The translations under genes and the position numbers were made by a program. A DNA stretch of 64,000 nt. It comes from an uncultured Planctomycetaceae bacterium (GTDB lineage Bacteria; Planctomycetota; Planctomycetia; Isosphaerales; Isosphaeraceae). Under the pieces are notes generated by a model. That model had not been told where the DNA came from, made no database searches, and was given only the letters and a program-made list of their open reading frames with translations. The stretch covers positions 3,296,001-3,360,000 of the forward strand of contig CAWIAD010000001.1 of the NCBI GenBank assembly GCA_963833985.1, in the 5' to 3' direction. Below, one piece after another: positions 10,901 to 20,285 of this stretch (the first letter of the stretch is position 1; the number at the start of each line of letters is the position of its first letter).

Positions 10901-11650
10901 AAGAAGGCGCTGGGGTTCTACATGTCGAACCATCCCCTGACGCGCCACGCCGCTCTGCTGCAAACGCTGGCGACCCACCGTGTCTCCGACCTGGCCGCGC
11001 TGCCAGACAAGTCCGAGGTCATCCTGGGCGGCATGATCGCCAGCATCAAGATCACGAACGTTCAGAAGAGCCGGTCCGGCCTGACGCGCATGGCGAAGCT
11101 CATGTTCGAGGATCTCAGCGGGATCACGCCGGCCATGCTCTGGCCCGAGGAATATGCCAAGCTTGGCGAGCTGGTGAAGAACGACCTGATCGGCTTCATC
11201 AAGGGGACGCTCGACCGCAGGCGCGAGCCGGCCGAGGTGGTCATCAGCAAGATCATGCCGGTCGAGACGGCCGCGTCCGATCTGGCGCGCGGCGTGGTGG
11301 TGCGGCTGCACAAGGGCGTGCATCAGGAGACCGACCTGGAGCGGCTGCTGCGATTCGTCCGCGTCCGTCCCGGCCATCTCGATCTCTACCTGGAGATCAT
11401 GGGGCTGGAGCACGTCCGCCGCGCCGTCTACCGGGCGGGCGCATCATTGCGGATCCGCTACCAGGAAAAGCTGCTCGCCGAGATGGAAGAGGTGGTCGGT
11501 ACCGGCAACGTGCGGTTGCTGGGCCAGCGCGGGGCCACGACACGCGTGGAATCGCCTGCTCAGACCACCACTCTTGCCCCGTCTTCCGTCTCTGCCACTG
11601 CGGAGCTGGAAGTGGACGAAACTGTGGCCGAAGAGATGGATGAAGACTGA
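7955..11650 (+). CDS. dnaE: DNA polymerase III alpha subunit
   Basis: PHP motifs HLHCHSHYSLLDG and TDHGN; RGSACGS; PDIDID; HAAGVVI; KMDFLGL; GYGFNKSH; C-terminal OB fold. Confidence 0.99.
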   Translation: MSSSKPFVHLHCHSHYSLLDGQSKIPDLIHRVKSLEMPAVALTDHGNLFGAVELLREAKSAGVLPIVGIEAYVAPGKRTDRTVSASGSGDERYAYHLTLLARNGTGFRNLLRLSSRAYLEGYYYKPRIDKEILAQHSEGLICLSGCVGSEFSQLLLRDRVAEAEKLAMWYYKTFGENNFFIEVQNNGLQIQRDCMVRELDVANRLGLPVVATSDAHYLTQDDYLAHDVLLCINTGKTMDQPLDKPRFVADDGKLSDQFHVRSPDEMYDFLPGMDEALAMSQRIALDVEENYGSLGLGKRQFPSFQAPDQKTAEEYLQELCEQGLKERYGDPPPPAARERLEHELGIITRMGFASYFLIVWDFVRYARERGIPASVRGSACGSIVSYVLRLSNVCPMQYDLLFERFLDPNRSEAPDIDIDLCQERRYEVIEYVRKKYGDANVAQIGTFGTMKAKAAIKDVGRVLSIPLPRVEQINRLIPTRLNITLDEALKEEPALRAMVDQDPEIEKLIRFARRLEGSARNASTHAAGVVIADQPLESLVPLQVIRRGDKDEIVCTQWDMGDVEKAGLLKMDFLGLRNLTTLEAAVRLINERHPDAPVDIEKLPLDDTLAFELLQRGETRGVFQLESSGIRDLLIRMKPDRFADIIATNALYRPGPLNGGMVDEYVDVKNGRKQATYLHPVLREVLEETYGVMVYQEQVMRILNRLGGIELSKAYATIKAISKKKTELIAESRGQFVAGAVERGLDREKAVKIFDLIEFFGGYGFNKSHSTAYALVAYQTAYLKSHYPTEYMAAVLTSEMDGAERDKFLVEHIEDCRRMGIEVLPPNINEGVLAFRVGKEGQVHFGLGAIKGVGGKAVEAIIKARQESGPFHSLDDFFERVSTREVSSACAETLIRAGAFDSLGARRSQLLAILPRAIQGGQAKQDDRRRGQRGLFDHLEAGPTNGAGTDGNGNGKSNGRELAAANLPDVPELNDAELLGGEKKALGFYMSNHPLTRHAALLQTLATHRVSDLAALPDKSEVILGGMIASIKITNVQKSRSGLTRMAKLMFEDLSGITPAMLWPEEYAKLGELVKNDLIGFIKGTLDRRREPAEVVISKIMPVETAASDLARGVVVRLHKGVHQETDLERLLRFVRVRPGHLDLYLEIMGLEHVRRAVYRAGASLRIRYQEKLLAEMEEVVGTGNVRLLGQRGATTRVESPAQTTTLAPSSVSATAELEVDETVAEEMDED

Positions 11651-12146
11651 GGTTTGAGGCCAGGCACGAACGGCACAGGCCGATTCCTGTGACCTTCATT
11701 CACAAAATCTTAACGCAAATGCTTGCCAGCCGACGTTAGAATTCGGACTATAAGCTACACTGAAGGTCCGAATTCCGTAGGCCTCATCGTTGGCCAGGGA
11801 TCCGCTCGGCAAACAGCCAAAGGGCGAACGGACGGACCTGCAAGCTCTGGTGTCGTGCTCGGAACTCACGCTCGTCAATCCCTCTATGCCGAACGGCTCG
11901 CAAGTAACCTTGCCTCCTTCACCAGAAATTCTTTTGGAATCCGAGCGTGAAGTTCCTATCTCTTAGAGCACACGCTGTGTGTACCGCGAGGCACGCCTGG
12001 CGCACGAGCGTTGCGGCCGCGGTACCTGGAGTGCTTCCCGCGCCTTCCATCCTGCTGTCTCGCCAGGCGTTTCGGGATGCGACACCATGACTTTCTCCGC
12101 GGATTTACCTCAACCCTTGACGATCTGGAACAATACTTTGAACATC

Positions 12147-12632
12147 ATGCAAGGTTCGAAGGCTCACCTCCGACGCGGAGGTCTCTCGCTCCTGGGCACA
12201 TTGCTCGCGTGCCTTTGCGGATGCGGCGAGCACTATGAGGCCCCCACTGTCTTCCCGGTGAAGGGCCAGGTCCTCCTGTCCGACGGCAAGCCTCTGACGA
12301 CAGGCTCCGTGGTCTTCGTCAACAAGATGGACGTCGAGATCCCGGCCGATATCGGGTCGGATGGACGGTTCACGATGAAGACGCCCTCCGCGGAGGGCAT
12401 ACCTTCTGGCGAATATCGGGTCCGCATCGACCCGGAGCAGCGCAAGGCAGGCGCACCGCGGGCAAAAAAATCCGCCCCCAACCTTCCGTACCCCCCGAAG
12501 TACGGGGATGAAACAACATCCGGCCTGACCGTCACCGTGCAAGCCGGCGAGAATAACCTCGAGCCGTTCAAACTGGTTGCCGGCTCTGCCGGAACGGACG
12601 GCGGGGGCAAGAAGGAAGGCTCAGACAGGTAA
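12147..12632 (+). CDS. Planctomycete small lipoprotein (carboxypeptidase-regulatory-like fold), the usual DUF1559 partner
   Basis: Lipobox-like CLCGC, then PVKGQV..DGKPL..G.VVF, DGRF.M, GEYRVRI and PPKYGD..TSGLTVTV..GEN. Confidence 0.85.
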   Translation: MQGSKAHLRRGGLSLLGTLLACLCGCGEHYEAPTVFPVKGQVLLSDGKPLTTGSVVFVNKMDVEIPADIGSDGRFTMKTPSAEGIPSGEYRVRIDPEQRKAGAPRAKKSAPNLPYPPKYGDETTSGLTVTVQAGENNLEPFKLVAGSAGTDGGGKKEGSDR

Positions 12633-12752
12633 GGTCCGGAAGCAGGGCCAACCGCGCATGACGCCGATCGACGTAAGTACTGAGTTCGCGCTGGAAAACC
12701 GTGGTTTTGAATCGAGCATCTGCACATTTTCGCTTACTGGAGACTCGCTTCC

Positions 12753-13850
12753 ATGAGATCTCAACCGAGATCACGTTTGCACCGACCTGCGTTCACCTTG
12801 ATTGAACTGCTCGTCGTCATTGCCATCATCGCCGTGCTCATATCGCTGCTGCTGCCTGCCGTGCAGTCGGCGCGCGAGGCCGCCCGCCGTGCCCAGTGCA
12901 CCAACAACCTGAAGCAGATGGGCCTGGCGATGCACAACTATGAAAGCACCAACGGCTGCTTCCCCCCCTCGGGTGAGTCGACGATGTTCGCCACGACATC
13001 CGGCATCCCCGGTACCCAGTTCGTGGACGGCGGCTGGAACGCCCTTGCCCGCATCTTGCCCTTCCTGGAGGGCAACACCCAGTTCAATGCCCTGAACTTC
13101 AACGTGGACTACAATGAGGCCACGGGCATGAATTTCACGGGCTGCTCAGTCATGGTGTCCTCCTACATCTGCCCGTCCGCCACCCGTCAGCCCGATGGCG
13201 GCAATGACGGCATCGATCCCAACGACCCGATCACCCAGCTCTTCGGCAAGGGTTACGGTTACGACGACTACGGACCGACCTGCTACACCGACATCAACCC
13301 CACTGGCGTGCAGACCGGTTACAGCGCGGCCACGCCGTTCCGCAACAAGGCGTCGCGCATGGACGGCCTGCTCAAGCAGGGCAAGACGCGGCTCTCGGAG
13401 TGCACCGACGGCCTGAGCAACACGATCGCCATCGGCGAAGACGCCGGTCGTGACCCACGCTACCTGAGCCCCTACACCGAGGGCTACCTCGACCCCAATG
13501 GCGATGTCCGGTACATTCTGGGCATGGGCCCGGCGGGCGGCCTGACTCCGGCGCGCCGCTACTGGCGCTGGGCCGAGCCTGATACGTCCTACGGCGTCTC
13601 CGGCCAGCCCAATAACAAGTACCGTCCGGCTTACGAGCAGACCGGCTTTCAACTTCCACCGGGAGCACTGTTGACCGCCGGCAACAACGCCGGTGCCAAC
13701 GACGAGCTCTTCTCTTACCATCCTGGCGGTGTGAACGTCCTCATGGGCGACGGCAGCGTGCGGTATCTGAAAGACTCCGTCAGCGTCGTCACCCTCCGCA
13801 GCCTCGTGACGCTGAGGGGCGGCGAGGTCATCTCGGCGGATAGCTATTGA
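12753..13850 (+). CDS. DUF1559 prepilin-type N-terminal cleavage/methylation protein with an H-X9-DG C-terminal motif
   Basis: AFTLIELLVVIAIIAVLISLLLPAVQSAREAARRAQCTNNLKQMGLAMHNYES; DGLSNT; SYHPGGVNVLMGDGSVR. Confidence 0.97.
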   Translation: MRSQPRSRLHRPAFTLIELLVVIAIIAVLISLLLPAVQSAREAARRAQCTNNLKQMGLAMHNYESTNGCFPPSGESTMFATTSGIPGTQFVDGGWNALARILPFLEGNTQFNALNFNVDYNEATGMNFTGCSVMVSSYICPSATRQPDGGNDGIDPNDPITQLFGKGYGYDDYGPTCYTDINPTGVQTGYSAATPFRNKASRMDGLLKQGKTRLSECTDGLSNTIAIGEDAGRDPRYLSPYTEGYLDPNGDVRYILGMGPAGGLTPARRYWRWAEPDTSYGVSGQPNNKYRPAYEQTGFQLPPGALLTAGNNAGANDELFSYHPGGVNVLMGDGSVRYLKDSVSVVTLRSLVTLRGGEVISADSY

Positions 13851-13900
13851 TCCGCAACAAGCGTGGCAGATGCCCAGCCCTTTGACCCGCTGAGGATTTC

Positions 13901-13949
13901 AGCCCGGAGCTTCGCCCCACGGCGGACTCCGGGCTCTTTCTTTCCTTTC
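13901..13949 (+). terminator. Rho-independent terminator after the DUF1559 gene
   Basis: Stem AGCCCGGAG(C)TTCGCC-CCAC-GGCGGACTCCGGGCT followed by CTTTCTTTCCTTTT. Confidence 0.8.
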
Positions 13950-13975
13950 CGGATCTCTGGCGCAGGAACCACAGG

Positions 13976-16891
13976 GTGATGGATCGTCTGGCCCGGCTCT
14001 CCTGCTGGCTGATCCTGGCCCTGGCGTGCTTCGCGCCTGTGCTCTTCCGCGATCGTCAGTTCGGCTTCCGCGATGCGGCCAATTTCTATTATCCGCTCCA
14101 TCTCCGCATCCAGCAGGAGTGGCGGGCAGGACGGTTGCCGCTCTGGGAGCCCGAGGAAAACGGCGGCGTCCCTCTGCTGGGCGATCCGTCAGCCGCGGTG
14201 CTCTACCCGGGCAAGCTTATCTACGCCGCCCTTCCCTGTCCCTGGGCGGCGCGGGTATACGTGATCGCGCACGTGCTCCTGGCCTACGCCGCCATGTCCG
14301 TGATGCTCCTCGGCTTTGAGGTCTCGCCTTCAGGTGCTGCACTGGGGGCTCTCGGCTACGCGTTCGGCGGGCCGGTGCTGCTCCAGTACTGCAACGTCAT
14401 CTTCCTGGTCGGCGCGGCGTGGATGCCGCTTGCGTTTCATCACGCGCACCGCTGGCTCAGAGGCGGCCAACGCCGGTCGCTGGCGTGGCTGGCGCTGGTG
14501 CTCTGCATGCAGACCCTGGGCGGCGATCCCGAGGCGGCGTATCTGGCGGTTTGCGCGGCCGGGGCTTTCGCAGTCGGTCTGGCGATATGCGCCAAGGTGC
14601 ACCGCCGGCTCCTCAGGCTCGCAATGGTTGTCCGGTCCCTGCTGCTGGTGTACCTGGGGCTCGTAAGCTGGAAGCTCTGGGGTGAAGGGTTCGGACCGCG
14701 GTTGGGCATCGGCTGGGGGCCGACCGCCGAAGAGCTCGCGCTGCGATGCTGGGGAATTGCCGCCGGAGTGATCCTGGTCCGCGGCCTGCGCCGGCGGCGG
14801 GGTCGCGGCGTTGAGCAGAATCTGCTCGGCCTCGGCGGAGCGGCCCTGCTGGCGCTATTGCTCGCCGCGGTCCAGTCTGTACCCTGCCTGGAATTCATCA
14901 GGCATACCACACGTGCCTCCGCCAGCGCGATGACCGCGGGCGTCTACGATTTCAGCATCCACCCGGCCCGCGTGTTCGAGGGACTCTGGCCCAACGTCTT
15001 CGGGACGATCACGCATGGCAACCATCGCTGGCTGGAAGCGCTTCCACCCACCTTTGACCATCAGGTCTGGCTGGAATCGCTCTACATGGGCGGTCCGGTC
15101 CTCATCCTCGCTCTTGCTGCCCTCGGAATGCGCCGCGGGCCGTCGCACCGGGCCTGGCTTACGGCCACGGCTGTTGTCGGTCTCGCCGCCGGGCTGGGGA
15201 CCTATGGCAGCCCGCTCTTCTGGGCGCGAAGCGTGACGTCGCTGGCGGCGCTCGTGGGCGAGCACAGCCAGGCCGGTGAGACGCAAGCCGTGCAAGCAGG
15301 GCTGCCCGACGGCTTCGGCGGAGTCTACTGGTTGCTGGCCACGGCCCTGCCTGGCTTCCACGCGTTTCGTTATCCCGGCAAGCTCCTCGTCCTGGCAAGC
15401 CTGGGGCTGTGCGGGCTGGCCGGTTCAGGATGGGATGAGCTGTGCCGCGTGGGATCGCGGCGCGCCTGGCGACTGACCGTTGCCGGTCTGGCGATCACGG
15501 GCTTGCTCTGGATTGCGCTGCGGATCTCTGCCGTCGACCGGCGATTTCAGGACTGGCTCTCGCTTCATCCCGATCTCACGACCACGGTCTTCGGCCCGCT
15601 TGACGTGCCCGGCGCGGTGGGCGACGTCTCGTGGTCACTGGCTCACGCGGCCGTCGTCCTGACCGCGTGCCTGCTGCTCTTCGGCTGGGCCAGGCGGTCG
15701 CCGCGGCGCGCCGGCAGCGGGCTCCTGGCGCTCGTGACTCTGGACCTGGCCCTGACGACCGCGCCCCTGGTTCACACGGTTCCTCAAAGTCTCTTTGATG
15801 CCAGGGCGCGAGCACTCGACGCCATCGACCGGGCCGAATCAAGCAGCCCCTCAGGCGGTCCGTTCCGCATTCACCGCATGCCCAACTGGGCGCCAGCGCG
15901 CTGGCAGATGGAGGGGGCACCCGACCGCTTCGAGGCGATCGTACAGTGGGAGCGCCAGAATGTGCGAGCCAAGTACGCGATCACGGAGGGACATTCCTAC
16001 ACACTGGCGATGGGCACCGCCGAGATTGCCGGCCTGCTGCCGTTCTTCGAGGTGATGCGTGTCCGGCTGGACGAGGAAACCAGCCGCAAGCATGGATTTC
16101 CCGTGGGTTACCAGGTCGTCTACCACACCCGGCGCGGGTTCGACCTCTGGAACGCCCGCTACTTCATCCTGCCGGCACGCCTCGCACTCGGCAGCCGGTT
16201 CCGCGGCGTCCTGGCGTTCCTGCCGCGGACGACCGAGATCGAACCGCCTCCGGGCGCGTTCGACGGTCCCGACGGAGCTCGGCTGCGGAAGCTCTGGCTC
16301 AGTGATGACGATGTCCAAGTCCTGCGCAACGAGTCCGCATTTCCCCGCGCCTGGGTCGTCCACCGCGCCCGCTTTTCCGCTCCCGTGTCCAGCGACAGCC
16401 CGGCGGAGCTGCACCGGTTGATGGATGAGATGCTCTACCAGGACGACGAGCTCTGGAGTGTCGATGGCCGCAAGGTGTATGATCCCCGTTCGCTCGGCTG
16501 GCTGGAGATGGAGCGCGAGGAGCGGGCGAGCATCGCGCGCGGGCTCTCCGGCGCCGATCCCGATCCGGCCGAGACCGTGACCATTGATCGCTACGAGCCG
16601 CAGCAGGTGGAGCTGACCGCGGCGCTCCAATCGCCGGGTCTGGTGATCCTGGCCGACATCTTCTATCCGGGCTGGGAGCTGATGCTCGACGGTGTGCCGG
16701 CAACCATTCTCCGGGCCAATCATGCGATGCGCGGGGCCCTGGTGCCGGCCGGAACGCACCGGCTTGTCTACCGTTACCGGCCGCGATCGCTCGTCGTGGG
16801 GGCGGCTGGCACGGCACTCGGACTCTTCATCCTCGTCGTGCTACTTGTCCCGCGGCGATCGCGTCGGAACGAACCGTCGTCTCCGGCGTAA
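13976..16891 (+). CDS. YfhO-family polytopic membrane protein (GT-C-like)
   Basis: N-terminal RD..FYYP and GRLPLWEP..NGGVPLL; many transmembrane helices; C-terminal LILADIFYPGW..DG..ILRANHAMRG..VPAGTHRLVYRYRP. Confidence 0.88.
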   Translation: MMDRLARLSCWLILALACFAPVLFRDRQFGFRDAANFYYPLHLRIQQEWRAGRLPLWEPEENGGVPLLGDPSAAVLYPGKLIYAALPCPWAARVYVIAHVLLAYAAMSVMLLGFEVSPSGAALGALGYAFGGPVLLQYCNVIFLVGAAWMPLAFHHAHRWLRGGQRRSLAWLALVLCMQTLGGDPEAAYLAVCAAGAFAVGLAICAKVHRRLLRLAMVVRSLLLVYLGLVSWKLWGEGFGPRLGIGWGPTAEELALRCWGIAAGVILVRGLRRRRGRGVEQNLLGLGGAALLALLLAAVQSVPCLEFIRHTTRASASAMTAGVYDFSIHPARVFEGLWPNVFGTITHGNHRWLEALPPTFDHQVWLESLYMGGPVLILALAALGMRRGPSHRAWLTATAVVGLAAGLGTYGSPLFWARSVTSLAALVGEHSQAGETQAVQAGLPDGFGGVYWLLATALPGFHAFRYPGKLLVLASLGLCGLAGSGWDELCRVGSRRAWRLTVAGLAITGLLWIALRISAVDRRFQDWLSLHPDLTTTVFGPLDVPGAVGDVSWSLAHAAVVLTACLLLFGWARRSPRRAGSGLLALVTLDLALTTAPLVHTVPQSLFDARARALDAIDRAESSSPSGGPFRIHRMPNWAPARWQMEGAPDRFEAIVQWERQNVRAKYAITEGHSYTLAMGTAEIAGLLPFFEVMRVRLDEETSRKHGFPVGYQVVYHTRRGFDLWNARYFILPARLALGSRFRGVLAFLPRTTEIEPPPGAFDGPDGARLRKLWLSDDDVQVLRNESAFPRAWVVHRARFSAPVSSDSPAELHRLMDEMLYQDDELWSVDGRKVYDPRSLGWLEMEREERASIARGLSGADPDPAETVTIDRYEPQQVELTAALQSPGLVILADIFYPGWELMLDGVPATILRANHAMRGALVPAGTHRLVYRYRPRSLVVGAAGTALGLFILVVLLVPRRSRRNEPSSPA

Positions 16892-16919
16892 AATCCTTTG
16901 GCGCCGATCCGGCCGGCCT

Positions 16920-19055
16920 TCACTCGCGCCGCGGCAGCTTTTCGATCCGCTCCAGGCCCGCGCGGGATTCCGCGTCCCGCGGGTCGATTGTGAGCGCTGC
17001 GCGGAACTGCTCGGCGGCCTCGCCAAGTCTCCCGGCGCGGGCGAGGGCGGAGGCCAGGAGGGAGTGGTTCGCCGCCCGCGTCGGCTCCATCCGGACGGCC
17101 TCGGTGTACTGAGCCAGTGCCTGGTCGAGCTTGCCTTGCTCTTCCTGTGCCATTCCCAGGTTGATGTGCGGTGAAGCCAGCGCGGGGTCGAGCCGGGACG
17201 CGACGGTGAAATGCTCGATGGCCTGGGAGAGATCCCCGGCCTGTGCCAGGGCAAGCCCGAGGTCGTTCTGGAGCATGGCGTCGAGAGGCGAACGGCGGAC
17301 GCCTTCCTGGAGCACGGCGATCGCCGGCCGGACGCGTCCCTGGCTCAGGAGGGCCCTGGCCAGGTTGCGATGGGCGAGTGGAAACCTTGGCTTCAGGCGA
17401 ATGGCCTCGCGGAAGTGGCCGACCGCCTCGGTGAGGTTTCCCTTCCGCGCCACCAGCGAGCCCAGGGAATTCTGAGCGTCCGCATATCCCGGCTCCAGCC
17501 GCACGGCCTCGGCCACCTCGCGCAGCGCCTCGTCGAACCCGCCCTGCCGCGCCAGCGCCGCGCCCAGCAGGTTGTGGACGTCCGGGTTCCTCGGATCGCT
17601 ACGCAGGGCCAGGGCGTAGTAGGCCATGGCCGATGTCTCGTCGCCTTGACCTGCCTTGATCAGGCCGAGGTTGAAGAGCACGGTGACGTCATTGGAATAG
17701 CCGTGCTCGTACTCGTGCTGCCAGAGAGACGCGGTGGTCTGCCAGGACCTGCACTGACGCCAGCTCAGCGTGGATAGGCCCGCGATCAGCAGCGTCGCCA
17801 TGACCGCGAAGCCAAGGGCCCGGAGGCCTCGGCATTCGGCCCACGGAAGAACGAGGCGGATTGCGTAGGCGAGCACGGCCACCAGACTCATCGTCGCCAC
17901 ATACGTGTATCGGTCGGCCGCGAGCTGGTTGCTGATCCGGACGAGCCCCAGGTTCGGCGCCAGGATCACGAGGTAGGCGAGCCAGGCGACAGGCAGCCCC
18001 GGCCAGCGCCTTCCCGTTCTCAGGATTGCCAGTGTGACTGTTACGATCAGCAACACGCTTCCCAGAAAGGGCCAGCTCATCAGGACCGGCCGGCGCGGCA
18101 GCGGATAGAACGCGACCAGGTCGAACGGCCAGACCGTCTTCGCCAGGTAGAAACAGACTCCGTAGCACGACTGGACGAGCCGTTCCAGCGGCCCGTAATG
18201 CTCGATCGAGATGAGCGATTCATTACTCCTCTTCGCCAGCATGGCCAGCCCCATGAAGAGGATCGCCAGGGCCAGGAAGGGGAGCTTCTCCCCGAGCAGG
18301 GCAAACGACTGGCGGCCGCGGCCTGAGGGTGCATGAATCCGGCGCAGGGGATAGACGTCGATCGCAAGCAGTACCAGCGGTAGAGTGACCGCCACGGCCT
18401 TCGAGAGCAAGGCCGCCGTGTAGCAGCAGAACGTTACGGTCCACCAGACCCGTCGCGTGCGGGTTGCTGGCGAATCAAGCCAGCGAAGGTACGAGAGCAC
18501 GGTCAGGATGGAGAAAAACGCACACGGCAAGTACGGCTGACAGGAGGCCCAGGCGACCACCTCGACCCGGAGCGGGTGCACCGCGAAGAGCGCCGCGGCC
18601 AGTGCGGCCGCGCCCGCGTTGTGGGCATCGCGGCGTGTCGCCCCCTCGGGAAGGTCACAACGCCTGAGGATCTCCTGAAGCAGGGCAAAGAGGGCAAGCG
18701 TCACAGCGGCATGAAGCACGATGCTGCAAAGATGGTAGCCGCGCGGATTCAGCCCGAAGATCACGTACTGGAGTTCCAGAATCATCCAGGCCAGGGGCTG
18801 GTACACTCCCAGGAGGAACGTGGTCCAGGCCCAGCGCAGCTCGTTCCATCCCAGGCCGCGGAACCAGGCATTGTCCAGGAAATTGTCGTCATCGTCGAAA
18901 ATCAGGAAGCCGTTGTTCAGGACGGGCAGAAAGGGGACCACAGCGGCGATCGCGAGTGCGATGACGAGCCACCAGCGGAAGGTCGGGTGAGCAAGCGGGA
19001 AGACATTGCGGTACGGAGCAGCATCGCGCGGCGGTTCATCGCGCTCACTTCTCAT
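16920..19055 (-). CDS. TMTC-like membrane protein with C-terminal TPR repeats (putative protein O-glycosyltransferase)
   Basis: FDDDDNF, YQPL, FAVHPLRVEVVAW, LLSK, EKLPF and ADRYTY, followed by several TPR repeats. Confidence 0.88.
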   Translation of the reverse strand: MRSERDEPPRDAAPYRNVFPLAHPTFRWWLVIALAIAAVVPFLPVLNNGFLIFDDDDNFLDNAWFRGLGWNELRWAWTTFLLGVYQPLAWMILELQYVIFGLNPRGYHLCSIVLHAAVTLALFALLQEILRRCDLPEGATRRDAHNAGAAALAAALFAVHPLRVEVVAWASCQPYLPCAFFSILTVLSYLRWLDSPATRTRRVWWTVTFCCYTAALLSKAVAVTLPLVLLAIDVYPLRRIHAPSGRGRQSFALLGEKLPFLALAILFMGLAMLAKRSNESLISIEHYGPLERLVQSCYGVCFYLAKTVWPFDLVAFYPLPRRPVLMSWPFLGSVLLIVTVTLAILRTGRRWPGLPVAWLAYLVILAPNLGLVRISNQLAADRYTYVATMSLVAVLAYAIRLVLPWAECRGLRALGFAVMATLLIAGLSTLSWRQCRSWQTTASLWQHEYEHGYSNDVTVLFNLGLIKAGQGDETSAMAYYALALRSDPRNPDVHNLLGAALARQGGFDEALREVAEAVRLEPGYADAQNSLGSLVARKGNLTEAVGHFREAIRLKPRFPLAHRNLARALLSQGRVRPAIAVLQEGVRRSPLDAMLQNDLGLALAQAGDLSQAIEHFTVASRLDPALASPHINLGMAQEEQGKLDQALAQYTEAVRMEPTRAANHSLLASALARAGRLGEAAEQFRAALTIDPRDAESRAGLERIEKLPRRE

Positions 19056-20094
19056 AAAGCGGCTCGCACGGGATGACGCGTGCCGTTTCGCCGTCGTGCA
19101 CGGCGATCTTACCGGCGGGGTAGATGCTTCCGCCGAAGAACTGGCCTTCCTTGTTCAGGGCATAGAACGACACGTTGAACGTGGTCCTGCCGTCGGCTTT
19201 GCGCCGCTTCGGGTCGCGGATGCTGGTCGCGGCGATGCGCTTGCAGGTTTCCATCACGGCGTCCTTCACGCTCATGCCCCGGCGCAGGTTTTCCACCACC
19301 AGGTAACTGGAGCAGTTCAGCAGGTTCGCCTCGCCCACGCCGGTGGAACCGCCGGAGCCGACCTCGTTGTCGAGGTAGAGCCCCGCGCCGAGGATGGGCG
19401 AATCGCCCACGCGGCCGGGTATCTTCCAGGACAGTCCTGAAGTCGTGGTCGTGCAGCCCAGGTTGCCGTGGGTATCGAGCGCCGAGCAGTGGATCGTGCC
19501 GGTGACGCGCTTTTTTATGTATTCGTGAACGTGCGAGGCGACGGCTTCCGGCGGCGGAGGGACCCAGTCGTCGTTGGGGTCATGGGTCTCCTTCCAGTGC
19601 AGCCAGATCTGCCGGGCCTCATCTGTGAGCAGATTGACCTCGGGAAAGCCGTGCGCCCTTGCGAACCGCAGCGCTCCGTCGCCGACGAGCAGGCAGTGAC
19701 GGGTGCGTTTCATCACCAGCCGGGCCACGGCGGCCGGATGGATAATATTGCGGATGGATGCCACCGAGCCCCCGCCATGCGTCGGGCCATGCATCACGGC
19801 CGCGTCCAGCTCGACGACGCCGTCCTCGTTGGGCAAGCCGCCCAGGCCGACGGAATGGTCCGTCGGATCGGCCTCGACGATGGCCACGCCCGCGATGGCC
19901 GCATCGAGCGGGTCGTGCCCTTCCTTGATCAGGGCCATCGCCTTCTCGACGGCGCGCAGGCCGTTACCGCTGGCCACCACCACCGGCCGCCGGGTTCCCG
20001 TCGGCTTCACGGGTGCCGCACCGATGGCCAGCGTGCCCAGGCTGGCGGCCGTGGTCGATTGCAAGAAAAGGCGACGGTTCACCGATCTGCGCAT
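19045..20094 (-). CDS. N(4)-(beta-N-acetylglucosaminyl)-L-asparaginase (glycosylasparaginase, Ntn hydrolase) with a Tat signal
   Basis: NRRLFLQ Tat motif; SVGLGGLPNEDGVVELDA; GTI autoproteolysis site; TTTSGLSWKIPGRVGDSPI.GAG. Confidence 0.92.
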   Translation of the reverse strand: MRRSVNRRLFLQSTTAASLGTLAIGAAPVKPTGTRRPVVVASGNGLRAVEKAMALIKEGHDPLDAAIAGVAIVEADPTDHSVGLGGLPNEDGVVELDAAVMHGPTHGGGSVASIRNIIHPAAVARLVMKRTRHCLLVGDGALRFARAHGFPEVNLLTDEARQIWLHWKETHDPNDDWVPPPPEAVASHVHEYIKKRVTGTIHCSALDTHGNLGCTTTTSGLSWKIPGRVGDSPILGAGLYLDNEVGSGGSTGVGEANLLNCSSYLVVENLRRGMSVKDAVMETCKRIAATSIRDPKRRKADGRTTFNVSFYALNKEGQFFGGSIYPAGKIAVHDGETARVIPCEPLYEK

Positions 20095-20285
20095 CGTGGT
20101 TGCTTCCTCTATGTTGAGCTGCGTGGCGTGGCGTGCGCCGGTCTGCCCTGGTCGCCGCGAACGTGGCCGCTCGGGCGGGACCGCGATGCCCGGCCAATGT
20201 TCACGACGATCTATTCTGCGCCGGGTCCACGAAAGAAAACAGGGCAGGCGGCTTCAAAGGCAGGGTCGGACCCGGGTGGGCCGGT

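Noticed and set aside
8861..11413. 850-aa minus-strand ORF, and similar long ORFs such as 694..2013, 3062..4597, 39057..40325 and 47497..48996
   Set aside because: These are antisense or shadow frames of well-supported genes, as expected in high-GC DNA.
7955..11650. Intein in DnaE
   Set aside because: The length is normal and there are no splice-junction or LAGLIDADG motifs. The only insertion is a short Gly/Asn linker.
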